Positions 36,687 through 46,241 of a stretch of DNA of 64,000 nt are shown here, in pieces. The notes under the pieces are model-generated. The model saw nothing but the letters and a program-made list of their open reading frames with translations, searched no databases and was not told the DNA's origin. A program made the position numbers and the translations under genes. Location of the stretch: sequence record MZ475895.1; one strand, 5' to 3'. How positions within the stretch are numbered: the first letter of the stretch is position 1; each line of letters starts with the position of its first letter.

Positions 36687-37017
36687 AGTGTTATTGAACG
36701 CGATCGGTCTTCGCCTGATTACTAAAGCGAATCGCCGTAAGATCGAACAACACCACTACATGATGCAGGCCTGTACGGATGTGTATGACTGGTGTGGTGC
36801 CGAGTTCCCTCAAGCTGCTGAGGCTGTTGAGCATGTTCGCACACGCGCACTCGGCTATGAAGGACGCTCTGGCCACAATAGCAAAATCATGACCCCGTAC
36901 GAAGCACATACGGGCATCAGCAACTGGCGTGAACTTATGCGCAATAAGTATAAGGACTGGCCGCCCGTTGATTTCCCTCTTGAGTATAAGAAAGACAATG
37001 AGCAAGAACGGCGATAA
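36679..37017 (+). CDS. hypothetical protein
   Basis: GGAGGAGG RBS, GTG start. Confidence 0.65.
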   Translation: MIKVLLNAIGLRLITKANRRKIEQHHYMMQACTDVYDWCGAEFPQAAEAVEHVRTRALGYEGRSGHNSKIMTPYEAHTGISNWRELMRNKYKDWPPVDFPLEYKKDNEQERR

Positions 37018-37105
37018 AGAAAAGCTGCAAGAGTTCCGAGACGAACTTGAGCGCGACTGTGACGGCGAAGAGGAAGAGGACTTCGATTTCACCGATCATC
37101 AATAA
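36998..37105 (+). CDS. 35-aa acidic peptide
   Basis: MSKNGDKEKLQEFRDELERDCDGEEEEDFDFTDHQ. Confidence 0.45.
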   Translation: MSKNGDKEKLQEFRDELERDCDGEEEEDFDFTDHQ

Positions 37106-37133
37106 CCTGCTTCATCTATACCGAGAATAAAAT

Positions 37134-37355
37134 ATGACACACGAAACTCAAGGTATTATCTTACTGACCTGGCTGCTGGTCGGCATCTTTGTTTCACTTG
37201 CGAAGACCTTCCGTCTGCTTGGTGAATCAGACCGCAGCTACAAGAATGCACCCTTCTGGCTGTTCATCTTCAACATGTTCTTCTGTCTTATTGTATGGCC
37301 GTTCCCTGTTGTGTTTTGTTCAGCACACCAGCGACTCCTCAATCGCTTCTGGTAA
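37134..37355 (+). CDS. small membrane protein
   Basis: Two hydrophobic segments. Confidence 0.6.
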   Translation: MTHETQGIILLTWLLVGIFVSLAKTFRLLGESDRSYKNAPFWLFIFNMFFCLIVWPFPVVFCSAHQRLLNRFW

Positions 37356-37364
37356 GGGACTACT

Positions 37365-37904
37365 GTGGAAAAGAACTCAGACAAGAAAATCATCGTGCTG
37401 GACATAGACCGTTTCGCACAACTGTTAGCGCTTGCATCAGTAGGTGATCAGGAGCTGTGTGGCCAAACGAATCTGGAAGAGATTATACGCCATGTGCGTA
37501 AGTTCAATCCAGTGTTGAAAGCCGCACAGGACGAAGAACAAAAGGAAGAACGTGAACGCCGTAAAGCTGCGCATCGTGAGCGTGCAAAGGCCAATCGCAT
37601 TCTGACTAACAGAACGGTGCACAGTTGGCCTTATGAGTCTCGGGGCTGCGGTACGTTTGAGCAAGTACACAAGGAAGAGCCTCGTGTTTTCTATTACCTG
37701 TATGATCATGAAAAGCTGGCGTTCCCTGTTCATGTTCTCGGTCCGTCAAGCAATGCCATTGGCCTCCTCTGCGTCTCGTTCCTCACTAAAGATCATATTC
37801 ATCTCGCAGGCCAATACTTTATCCAGATTAATTGCCCTGCTCGAAGCATAGCAGAGAGACTTAAAGATATTCCTGAAGGCTACACGCTCATGGAGGTCGA
37901 ATGA
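37365..37904 (+). CDS. hypothetical protein
   Basis: 179 aa. Confidence 0.65.
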   Translation: MEKNSDKKIIVLDIDRFAQLLALASVGDQELCGQTNLEEIIRHVRKFNPVLKAAQDEEQKEERERRKAAHRERAKANRILTNRTVHSWPYESRGCGTFEQVHKEEPRVFYYLYDHEKLAFPVHVLGPSSNAIGLLCVSFLTKDHIHLAGQYFIQINCPARSIAERLKDIPEGYTLMEVE

Positions 37905-38146
37905 TCGGCAACATGATCGTCCTAATTTTGCTAGGCTCTTTCTTGTTTGCATTCTGTTCTTATATAGCCTACAAGTTGGAAAGTAGCCACAAAGAGAAAG
38001 CAGATCAAGGTATCTATGCATACCGCATAGCCTTCAATATGAAACGCTATCTGTTCGCGCGGCTGCTGTGGCGCATCTCTAGCGCAGTCTATTGCGTGCT
38101 CTTTGCGTTCGCGCTTTGCTATCTATATTTCACAGGACAACTATGA
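37901..38146 (+). CDS. small membrane protein
   Basis: Two TM segments, GGAGG RBS. Confidence 0.6.
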   Translation: MIGNMIVLILLGSFLFAFCSYIAYKLESSHKEKADQGIYAYRIAFNMKRYLFARLLWRISSAVYCVLFAFALCYLYFTGQL

Positions 38147-38541
38147 AAGCACTATCTATCAGGCAGCCTTGGGCATGGCTCATCGTTCAAGGCCACAAGA
38201 AAGTTGAGAACCGTACGTGGGATACAAAGAAGCGCGGACGTTTCCTCATTCACGCGAGTTCTAAGCGTCCGTCCGATGATGACATGGCTGCGGCTCAAGC
38301 TATCTGTGACAAGCTGAACGTAACGCTGCCACAAAAGTCTGAGTTCGTGCTCGGTTCCATTGTAGGCTATGCGACACTTATCGGCACAGTGACTGAATCG
38401 CGTGACCCGTTCTTCTTTGGTCCTGTGGGTCACTTGCTCAAAGACTGCCGCGCTGTCGAACCTGTGCAGTTTAAAGGAGCACTCAGTTTCTTTAATACAC
38501 CGTTCTGTATTGTAGGCGGTAAGCTAGTTCGCTCACGATGA
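38143..38541 (+). CDS. ASCH domain protein
   Basis: MKALSIRQPWAWLIVQGHKKVENRTW...RGRFLIHAS. Confidence 0.9.
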   Translation: MKALSIRQPWAWLIVQGHKKVENRTWDTKKRGRFLIHASSKRPSDDDMAAAQAICDKLNVTLPQKSEFVLGSIVGYATLIGTVTESRDPFFFGPVGHLLKDCRAVEPVQFKGALSFFNTPFCIVGGKLVRSR

Positions 38542-38765
38542 GTAGACCTATCTTGCTACATGGTTCTGGTCACTGTGCGTTTGCTCGGCAGTCAGGCATT
38601 GACGGTAAACTCGTATACTTTGTCCGTGACATAAACATCAAAGGGCACTCAGCTTTGATGGTAGGGTCCACAACGGTAGATAACGTTATCTTCCTCTACC
38701 AGTACGTTCCTAACGCAGATGACGCAGAAGTAATCATAGCTTATAAAAACAAGGGTGGCCATTAG
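38538..38765 (+). CDS. hypothetical protein
   Basis: 75 aa, ATGA overlap. Confidence 0.55.
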   Translation: MSRPILLHGSGHCAFARQSGIDGKLVYFVRDINIKGHSALMVGSTTVDNVIFLYQYVPNADDAEVIIAYKNKGGH

Positions 38766-38778
38766 GCTGCCCTTTTCT
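38751..38778 (+). terminator. intrinsic terminator
   Basis: AAGGGTGGCC-ATTA-GGCTGCCCTTTTCT. Confidence 0.75.
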
Positions 38779-38848
38779 GTTTAATTTGCCAGTGACGAGG
38801 GTCCTACACAAGTAGGAAATTTAACTAGCAACAGCTTAAGGAACTATC

Positions 38849-39853
38849 ATGCAACTAGCATTCCCCAGAAAGAGCGACGACCATGTAAGTCTAATGCGCC
38901 GTTCGTTGAGTCGTCTATATTTTTTCGATGATGCCGCACCTAAAGAAAGCATGAAAGCAGGCCACCTTAATTGGTTACAGAACCTGCCTATGTGCAAAGC
39001 TATGGGTGTCGGCAGAACTGATAATGTTGTGAGCACAGGTCAGCTACAGGGTCAAGGTGATAATAACCGCTGGTATGTTGCTACTGGTGGCTATGTAGGT
39101 ACGGCAGATGCCTACAACTTTATCAATATGACGTATGCTTCCTTTGGTCAAACAGATGTTGTGTCTGATACGACAACGCCTGTAAGTAATCCTACCACAC
39201 AAGCAGAAGTCATAGGTTCTACGCTGCTTCCTTCAAACAGACTGATGACAGCCTGCCAATATTCAGGCACGATCTATGTAGGCAACAATAGTGGCGGCAC
39301 TGTCGGTCTAACTGTGTCTGAGATAACGCGCTGGCCTAGTGGCGGCGTACACTATAATGACACGTACACGCAAAAGCTGCGTTCGTACCGATTCTGGGTG
39401 ACAAACAACACATTGACCTCAGTGGCTGGTGTTGATGGTACAGCCAGTTCAGTAGCTGCTAACGGTACGTATCAGGTATCTTCGTCCACCAGCGCTCCGT
39501 TCTTTGCGTTTGTGTCAGCGTACTACACTCTAGTGAGATTGTCGTATAACGCGAGTGGCGAAGCAAGCGGAGGAGGAGGCACGTTTGATTACAATGGTGT
39601 GTACTCGTCGTTCTCTCGCAACAGAACTGCGCAGCCTATATATCTGCCACGAACTGCTGCTAAAGCTGCGGTGAATATTACGTGGGCTGGAATATTTGTA
39701 AAGTACCAACAAGCTGAATCTTATTTGCTTCTGGACTCTGCTGATATACTCAACGTAAGTACCACAGAGCCAGGGCAATACGCCCAGATACAGATCGCAG
39801 ACATTGAACCGCTCTTAGCTCAATGGTCACCTGCTCGCCAAATCATGTTATAA
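38849..39853 (+). CDS. probable virion protein; displaced paralogue of the 57669-61938 family
   Basis: S/T/G/N-rich; N-term RRSLSRLYFFDD resembles RAMSSLYLFDS; similar size and C-terminal pattern. Confidence 0.6.
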   Translation: MQLAFPRKSDDHVSLMRRSLSRLYFFDDAAPKESMKAGHLNWLQNLPMCKAMGVGRTDNVVSTGQLQGQGDNNRWYVATGGYVGTADAYNFINMTYASFGQTDVVSDTTTPVSNPTTQAEVIGSTLLPSNRLMTACQYSGTIYVGNNSGGTVGLTVSEITRWPSGGVHYNDTYTQKLRSYRFWVTNNTLTSVAGVDGTASSVAANGTYQVSSSTSAPFFAFVSAYYTLVRLSYNASGEASGGGGTFDYNGVYSSFSRNRTAQPIYLPRTAAKAAVNITWAGIFVKYQQAESYLLLDSADILNVSTTEPGQYAQIQIADIEPLLAQWSPARQIML

Positions 39854-39862
39854 GGAGTCGTC

Positions 39863-40282
39863 ATGTTACCTTTTGCCCCTCGGACGTTAGTGGTTAGTAT
39901 GCGCAATGGCAACAAAGAGTTTGATGTACGCATCGACCGCGAATCTATGTGGGGCAATAAGTTCTACATGAAGAACGAAAGCAAGGAAGAACGTGCGCGA
40001 GTTATCTATGAGTATGGCGTGTGGTTGTGGACTAAAATCTACAACGGAGACATTACACTAAGTCAGCTAGACGCACTATATGGGAAGCGTCTAGGCTGCT
40101 GGTGCTCACCTAAGCCTTGTCATGGCGATGAGTTGAGAAAAGCCGTAGAATGGGCACACGCTACAATCTGTAAATGGGAACGTATATCACGCACATATGC
40201 AAGGAGAAAGAAACATGGGCACAGGCAGACCAAGAAAAGAAAAAGCGATGACAGCAGCCGAGCGTTCAAAAAAGCTGCGTAA
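39863..40282 (+). CDS. DUF4326 family protein
   Basis: IDRESMWGNKF, LYGKRLGCWCSPKPCHGDEL. Confidence 0.85.
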   Translation: MLPFAPRTLVVSMRNGNKEFDVRIDRESMWGNKFYMKNESKEERARVIYEYGVWLWTKIYNGDITLSQLDALYGKRLGCWCSPKPCHGDELRKAVEWAHATICKWERISRTYARRKKHGHRQTKKRKSDDSSRAFKKAA

Positions 40283-40496
40283 TCGTATGGCCCCTTTGGG
40301 CAAGCGAGTTGATATTTATATGGACGAGGAGACTCTTAAGGCGATTGACCGTGAAGTAGCTCAACGTCCTGCGCTGGTGGGCATTACGCCTGCTGTTGCA
40401 CGTAGCCAGTTGCTGCGTGAGATTCTTACAGGTCGTGAGTTCCTTGCTGACCTGACTGCATTCGAATACCACAGAGGTCAGACACGCGATGCGTAA
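40215..40496 (+). CDS. small DNA-binding-like protein
   Basis: GRPRKEKAMTAAERSKKLR then RHH-like segment; AAGGAG RBS. Confidence 0.6.
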   Translation: MGTGRPRKEKAMTAAERSKKLRNRMAPLGKRVDIYMDEETLKAIDREVAQRPALVGITPAVARSQLLREILTGREFLADLTAFEYHRGQTRDA

Positions 40497-41040
40497 CAAA
40501 GAAAAAGTAAGACGCCGTTTCCTTTCCGCTGGCCGTTCGTTGGACGCTATCAGTTCTCAGGTGTTCACAAGCCCGTACTCGGGATTAGCATACGGCAGCT
40601 TTAGCCTAGCTGTGGGTTCGAGTTTTGTGCATATCCACGCGCTGGATGAGAGCACTGCCCCAGAGTCTGATGTTCTGTACCTGATGAAAGTCGATGCTGT
40701 TATTCGTCACCTCAAGGACTACATCGCGTTGTTGACTGATTGGGCTGACGGCCATGCGCGTATGTGGCTGAACCCTGAAGGCTCTGCTGCTACAGGCTGC
40801 GTCGCGTACCACCACGATGTATCGCACCCAGAAAAGCTCGCCTTCTTTGAGCTATCGTCCTGTAGTCAGACGTTCCGTTTGCAGATGATGACCTTCACGC
40901 ATAAGGAATACAAGAAGCACATTAACCTGCTGTCCAAAATTAAGGACCATCTTATTCGCCATCGCTTTGATATGGATGACTGGATGAAGGCTATTACTGC
41001 TGAGTCTGCACGACTCATGGATTCTGTAAATGAACAATAA
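40489..41040 (+). CDS. hypothetical protein
   Basis: 183 aa. Confidence 0.7.
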   Translation: MRNKEKVRRRFLSAGRSLDAISSQVFTSPYSGLAYGSFSLAVGSSFVHIHALDESTAPESDVLYLMKVDAVIRHLKDYIALLTDWADGHARMWLNPEGSAATGCVAYHHDVSHPEKLAFFELSSCSQTFRLQMMTFTHKEYKKHINLLSKIKDHLIRHRFDMDDWMKAITAESARLMDSVNEQ

Positions 41041-41163
41041 CAACGATTGCTGCTGGTGTGCTTTCGGTATGGGTATAGTTCTCGGACTATTTATCGGCCT
41101 GTCGATTGCTGCCTTCGCTGTTAAATACGGCGTCTTCATAAAACTATAGGACAAAAGTACCTC

Positions 41164-41832
41164 ATGCTTACTAACATTGCTCGACTTGCTGCGACTAACG
41201 CACACGCAAAACAAACTCGTCGCTTCACCGGCGAACCGTACATCAACCATCCGCAAGCTGTCGTTCAATTCCTTGAGCGCTTCAACGTGGGTGAACAGAT
41301 TCTCGCTGCTGCCTGGTGCCACGATGTGTTGGAAGATTGTGGCATCTGCTACGAAGCTCTGGAACTTTGCATCGGTACGATTGCGACCGACATCGTGTTC
41401 GAAGTAACGAACAAAGAGTTCCCAGAAGGCACGCCACGCATTGAGAAATATTGGCATAACATCGAACGTCTGGTAAGGGCTTCGCATCAGGCTCAGACGC
41501 TCAAGTGCGGTGACATTTACGATAACTGCAAAGATGTATATGAGCGTGACCAACACTACGGTGCTAAGTACATCGCAGAGAAGTATTTCCTGATTCGCAT
41601 ATTTGCGCGTGCTCAATCTGATGTACGTCAGACCGTTATGCAGATGCTGCATGATCGCTATCTGTCCATGACGCCAGATGATCGCATGTACTGCTTAGAG
41701 TATATGGCGCGTCTCGATAAAGAATGTCCAGCCGACCTGCGTTCTTTGTTTGACCAGGCCCGCAAAGAAGCTGGTATTGAAAGCCTCTGCTGTGGAGAAC
41801 ATGATGGAGCTACCTGCATTCAAAACGCGTAA
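41164..41832 (+). CDS. HD-domain phosphohydrolase (SpoT/Mesh1-like)
   Basis: AHAKQTR..TGEPYINHP, AAWCHDVLED, VFEVT, KCGDIYDN. Confidence 0.85.
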   Translation: MLTNIARLAATNAHAKQTRRFTGEPYINHPQAVVQFLERFNVGEQILAAAWCHDVLEDCGICYEALELCIGTIATDIVFEVTNKEFPEGTPRIEKYWHNIERLVRASHQAQTLKCGDIYDNCKDVYERDQHYGAKYIAEKYFLIRIFARAQSDVRQTVMQMLHDRYLSMTPDDRMYCLEYMARLDKECPADLRSLFDQARKEAGIESLCCGEHDGATCIQNA

Positions 41833-42178
41833 CGCTCTGGTTGAAAGCCTCACCATTCGTGATAAGCAAGCGTCTGCATTAGTGCGCGTGTACGAAACGA
41901 GCTGGTGGGGTTTCTGCAAACGTGACCTGTGCGTTGCTATCAACTGTCGTAAGATAACGCGCAAGGAACTCAAGTGGTCTAGCTATGTGCGGTGGTCTGA
42001 GGGTTATCAGATTCTGCCTGTATGCGAAGACAGCGAAGTCCTTCAGGTAGCAAACAGTGCGCTGAAAGATATGCGTCATCTTGGTTACACCAAGTATGAA
42101 CAGCTTCTGGCGTATCGTCTCCAAATTCACATGAGAAAGCACAATGCCAAAGAAAATTCTCACGCTCATTCACACTGA
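41801..42178 (+). CDS. hypothetical protein
   Basis: GGAG RBS. Confidence 0.6.
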   Translation: MMELPAFKTRNALVESLTIRDKQASALVRVYETSWWGFCKRDLCVAINCRKITRKELKWSSYVRWSEGYQILPVCEDSEVLQVANSALKDMRHLGYTKYEQLLAYRLQIHMRKHNAKENSHAHSH

Positions 42179-42533
42179 TGTGGAAGACCAGAAGGCGTAT
42201 CTGGAAGACCGCTTTCATCGCAGCATTATGTTCATGCACACGACGACGAACCGCGACCCGTACAAACGTGAATCGAATCCGTGTACGTTCTGCATATATA
42301 AAGTGGAAGGCGCGAATGTGTATATCAACCTTCACGGCAACAATGAGATGCCAGAAGAGTTGGCGAGCACTCTCGGTCTGGTCAAAGTAAAAGAGTGGAC
42401 TCTTATCCGCCGTCAGTCGAACGTCTTCTTTGTAGGCCGTAGCTCAGAAGCTATCATCGCAGAGAACGTTGTACCAATGGAAATTCGTGTTGAAGGGGCG
42501 CGTGATGCTGAACGATGCTGGTCCGGACATTGA
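42144..42533 (+). CDS. hypothetical protein
   Basis: 129 aa. Confidence 0.6.
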   Translation: MPKKILTLIHTDVEDQKAYLEDRFHRSIMFMHTTTNRDPYKRESNPCTFCIYKVEGANVYINLHGNNEMPEELASTLGLVKVKEWTLIRRQSNVFFVGRSSEAIIAENVVPMEIRVEGARDAERCWSGH

Positions 42534-43119
42534 GTTCGAAGCAATTGATATTGAGAAGTATTGGCAGGGTCGTATCTATCTCGAAGCGGGTCGTTTGCAA
42601 GACGCAGACACTAATCTGGAGAACGTGGCTTATACCACTGATACGATTAAGCCCTACATCGAAGCCGCGACTAAGATCGTTGCATCGAAGCGTGAGCTGC
42701 ACGAGGAAGGCACTGACTTGCCTAAGGTGGAGTTGGGTGAAGGGCACACGATGAGTCCGTACTTTGTCATTGTGTTCTGTCTGATGTTCGAAGCGGAAGG
42801 CGTTATCAATGCGCAGACACGCAATGCCCTTAAGGGTTTGTCTCAGGCCGAGCGTGATAAAAAGATACGCATTGAGATTGCTGGGCATAGCAGCAAAATC
42901 GGTGTGAGTCTTCTCAAAGAGCTGGAAGCATCTTTGGCTGATCGTATTCATGGCCGTCGTCCTGACTTCGCGTTTGCAGAGCTGTCCGAGCCTCGTGAGA
43001 AGAAGCCTACGTTTCGTGCTAATGCCCATCTCAAGCAAGGTCGTGTTGGCAGACACAGCGGCAATCAGCGATTCAATGCTAAGCCGCAGCGTCAGAACTT
43101 TAAAGGTAGAGGTCGCTGA
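42505..43119 (+). CDS. hypothetical protein with basic tail
   Basis: about 204 aa. Confidence 0.65.
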   Translation: MLNDAGPDIEFEAIDIEKYWQGRIYLEAGRLQDADTNLENVAYTTDTIKPYIEAATKIVASKRELHEEGTDLPKVELGEGHTMSPYFVIVFCLMFEAEGVINAQTRNALKGLSQAERDKKIRIEIAGHSSKIGVSLLKELEASLADRIHGRRPDFAFAELSEPREKKPTFRANAHLKQGRVGRHSGNQRFNAKPQRQNFKGRGR

Positions 43120-43469
43120 TGCCTACTCCTGATAATCTGATGTTCCGAGTCGTTGAATATAAAGACGGCAATCCCGCTCATATTCATTTGTTCAGCATCG
43201 TGCGTGAATATGGTGAGAATCCTTCTAAGGCTATGAATGCGATCAGGGGTTTTGAGAACATCCTAGACCGACAGAGACCCAACACATATCGCGTAATGAC
43301 TCCGCAAGAGTGGAAAACTCAGGTTCAAATCGAAACACGCTGGGCAGCACGCGGTGTAGCGTATGAGTTCACAGCACTCCCTGTAATTGAGCATGAGAAC
43401 ATCTGGACGTTCTTTCCTACAATTGACTTCAATCCTATAGAAGCTATGTTTTGTGGGGCAGGCAAATGA
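43119..43469 (+). CDS. hypothetical protein (paralogue of next gene)
   Basis: GAGG RBS; shared motifs with 43466. Confidence 0.7.
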   Translation: MPTPDNLMFRVVEYKDGNPAHIHLFSIVREYGENPSKAMNAIRGFENILDRQRPNTYRVMTPQEWKTQVQIETRWAARGVAYEFTALPVIEHENIWTFFPTIDFNPIEAMFCGAGK

Positions 43470-43834
43470 GCAAAATCTTCTATGCTACGGAGTATATTGA
43501 TAATAAGCCTGTGGCAGTTCATCGCTTTCCTGCTGTTGAGCAAGGTCGAGCACTATCTGATTACCGTTCCTTGATCTCATTGGGTGCGTTCGATAAGCGT
43601 CAGACCGAGCAGTGTCTCAAAGACTGCATGGTGCGTCGATTCTACGTGAAGAACAAACGCGACTATGAGGCAGACAAGGAGATCTTGCAGAAGTCCTCTG
43701 CGCGTCTCAATCTACCTGAGGTAGGGCTAAGCACTGTCGAACACAAAGACGTGTGGGCATTCTATAAAGCTGTCGGTTATGACTACCGTACTAAAACTCT
43801 GGGAGTGAAAGCAGATGACAAGCAACCTGTCTGA
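43466..43834 (+). CDS. hypothetical protein (paralogue of previous gene)
   Basis: ATGA overlap. Confidence 0.7.
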   Translation: MSKIFYATEYIDNKPVAVHRFPAVEQGRALSDYRSLISLGAFDKRQTEQCLKDCMVRRFYVKNKRDYEADKEILQKSSARLNLPEVGLSTVEHKDVWAFYKAVGYDYRTKTLGVKADDKQPV

Positions 43835-44552
43835 CATTAAATTCGGTAGTCCATTGCCTGATATGGCGCAGAAGTTAGGCGAAGAAATCATCAAAGGCCG
43901 TATCGCAATCCCCAACACTCTGTGGGATTTGCATATTCAGTCTAATGTGCAGCTTCGTCCTATGACTGAGTTGGATATGGCTCTGACAAATACGCTGAAC
44001 GGCTCATGGACTTACGTGCCCAAATACTTGGGTCCAGCGCGAGCAATGCGTCAGGCATACAGCTTAGGCCGAACTGTGACAAGCGATGAGCCTCGTGCAG
44101 GCTATGAATTGCTGTTGAACCAAATGACCCGTCAGGCGGAGCAGCAATTCTTCTACAAGCCGCTGGGTGTGTTGCGCGATCATCTGCTCATTGACGGTAA
44201 AATCCGTATGCCTAAACGCTGGCATGTTGAGATTGGTCCGAAGTTTGCACTGACTGTTGCCTCTTCCTCGTTTGAGTTGTTCCTCAATCAGGTAGATCAC
44301 CAGGAAATGCTGCGTACCGTGTATGATATGCTATCGAGTGCGCTGGATAATAACGATCCCGCGAATGCATCACACGTGGTGTGCTCTGATAGTTCTCGCG
44401 GTCCTACGGATGTGCATGTGCTGAACACGCAAGCAACTCCACCAGCAGGTTCTGTCAATATGACCAATATTTTCAGATTCCTGCTGCATCCAATCGGTCA
44501 TGATCTGACGCAAGACAGACTTCAGGACTATTTGGAATCTGTAAATAACTGA
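43815..44552 (+). CDS. hypothetical protein
   Basis: 245 aa. Confidence 0.7.
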   Translation: MTSNLSDIKFGSPLPDMAQKLGEEIIKGRIAIPNTLWDLHIQSNVQLRPMTELDMALTNTLNGSWTYVPKYLGPARAMRQAYSLGRTVTSDEPRAGYELLLNQMTRQAEQQFFYKPLGVLRDHLLIDGKIRMPKRWHVEIGPKFALTVASSSFELFLNQVDHQEMLRTVYDMLSSALDNNDPANASHVVCSDSSRGPTDVHVLNTQATPPAGSVNMTNIFRFLLHPIGHDLTQDRLQDYLESVNN

Positions 44553-44597
44553 TGTAAGCAAGCGCCACTCTTTTAATCTAATGTTAAGGAATAAGTA

Positions 44598-45263
44598 ATG
44601 TCTGAGAAAACTAGCGGTATCGCTAAAGCACCTAAATCTCGCAACGGTGCAATGATCTCCCAAACGTATGCAGGCGCAGAAGTTGGTTCTGCCCGTGCTC
44701 CAGGTATCAGCACTGCTGGCTCTATCGTCAATCGCATCAACAATCTGTCCAATGAAGCGTATTCTTTACGCGACACTCTGCGTCAGATTGGTGTTATCGT
44801 AGAAGTGCCCGCTAAAGGTTCTGCGGGTGAAGCTAAAGCTGCCGCGCCTTCTATGCTGCTGGACGTTATCAAAACCGAACTGGGCGACGTTGTGCGTTTC
44901 ACACAGAATGTGGTGAACGAAGCCGTCCATGGTGCTGATTGCGGTCACGAAGACAAAGACTGCGGTGAGGAAGAAGATAAAGAGAACGAAGGCTCTATCC
45001 TCTCTACCGAATATGGCCGCACTATCTTCTACGCCGTTGGTCGCACTACTGATCGTCTGAGCGATATTCGTCGTCAGGTGGAAACAATCGACCGCACGTT
45101 CTTTGGCGATAAGCCGAATGACAACGTTAGCCGTGTGCAGAACAGCTCCGAATCTGTTGTTGCTTCGGTTAGCGTCCTGATCGACAACCTCGATGACACC
45201 ATCGTCGCTATCCAGCGTCTGAACGGTGATCTGCGTGCTAACATTCTGGGTGAGAACGTTTAA
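44598..45263 (+). CDS. helical hypothetical protein
   Basis: 221 aa, AAGGA RBS. Confidence 0.75.
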   Translation: MSEKTSGIAKAPKSRNGAMISQTYAGAEVGSARAPGISTAGSIVNRINNLSNEAYSLRDTLRQIGVIVEVPAKGSAGEAKAAAPSMLLDVIKTELGDVVRFTQNVVNEAVHGADCGHEDKDCGEEEDKENEGSILSTEYGRTIFYAVGRTTDRLSDIRRQVETIDRTFFGDKPNDNVSRVQNSSESVVASVSVLIDNLDDTIVAIQRLNGDLRANILGENV

Positions 45264-45265
45264 TT

Positions 45266-46183
45266 ATGATTGATTGGTCACAAGTAAACGTGAAGTGGGA
45301 AGAGGGCACTAACGGTGTTCACGTTCCCTATGTACTTGAGCGCGGCCCGAAAGGTCGTTTCGTAAAACGCTACCTGACTGACGCTGAGCAGAACGAATAC
45401 AAACGTTCGCATCATAGTGCAAGCGTATCAGCCTCATCTGATCCAGTTAATCTGAGCGCAGGTGAGGCTGGTCCTGTGGGTCCTGGTCCTTGTCCGCAGG
45501 GTCCTGCTAATTCATACGACCCAGCCCCTGAGCCTCTGTACGAAAGCGATGTTGATCTGGGTGCTGCTACACGTCTGGCACGGCGTAGCACAACGCTGTT
45601 GCTGTCTGTGCAACGTCTATCTGCTGCGCTGTATGACTTCGGTCTGATCTACGATAACTCGTTTGCAGAGATTATCAACCGCGCTAAATCGCTTAACCAA
45701 AATCAGGAAGCGGACTCAAGTTCGCCTACTCAGGCTGATTACAACGACACTGATTCTAACTTCCTGCGTCTGGCTGGCTTGTTAAATCACTCGTGGTATA
45801 TGGATCGCGGCGCTTCTCCTGCGCGTGTTATCGGTAACTATGCTGCACCAACTCTGGTGACGTTGCAGTATCTGCTGGGTCTGGCGCTGCCTGATTCTGA
45901 TTGCTGCATCCGTGCTTCTCACGACGAGCTGATGTTCCGCACCGATGCACAGCAAGTGCCTGCGCTGGCTAACGATCTGCTGAACGAATACAACCACATT
46001 CAGTCATGCATCACTGCGCTGTGTCAGAACCTGGCGGGCCATGATATTCCACAGTCTGGCGGCGACATGCAGTACCCACAGAATGCGTCTATCATCGAAT
46101 ACGTCAGCGGCGTTGATGATCTGATTAGCTATCTGGTTGAACGTGTTGATGCCCTGTCTGAGATTATCGAAGGCACGATGTAA
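45266..46183 (+). CDS. hypothetical protein
   Basis: 305 aa. Confidence 0.75.
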   Translation: MIDWSQVNVKWEEGTNGVHVPYVLERGPKGRFVKRYLTDAEQNEYKRSHHSASVSASSDPVNLSAGEAGPVGPGPCPQGPANSYDPAPEPLYESDVDLGAATRLARRSTTLLLSVQRLSAALYDFGLIYDNSFAEIINRAKSLNQNQEADSSSPTQADYNDTDSNFLRLAGLLNHSWYMDRGASPARVIGNYAAPTLVTLQYLLGLALPDSDCCIRASHDELMFRTDAQQVPALANDLLNEYNHIQSCITALCQNLAGHDIPQSGGDMQYPQNASIIEYVSGVDDLISYLVERVDALSEIIEGTM

Positions 46184-46200
46184 CAACAGTTTGGACAAAT

Positions 46201-46237
46201 AAAAAGGGCGACTCTCAATCACGAGGGCCGCCCTTTT
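46201..46237. terminator. bidirectional terminator at the convergence of the two transcription blocks
   Basis: AAAAGGGCG...CGCCCTTTTT with A-run and T-run flanks. Confidence 0.8.
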
Positions 46238-46241
46238 TCGA

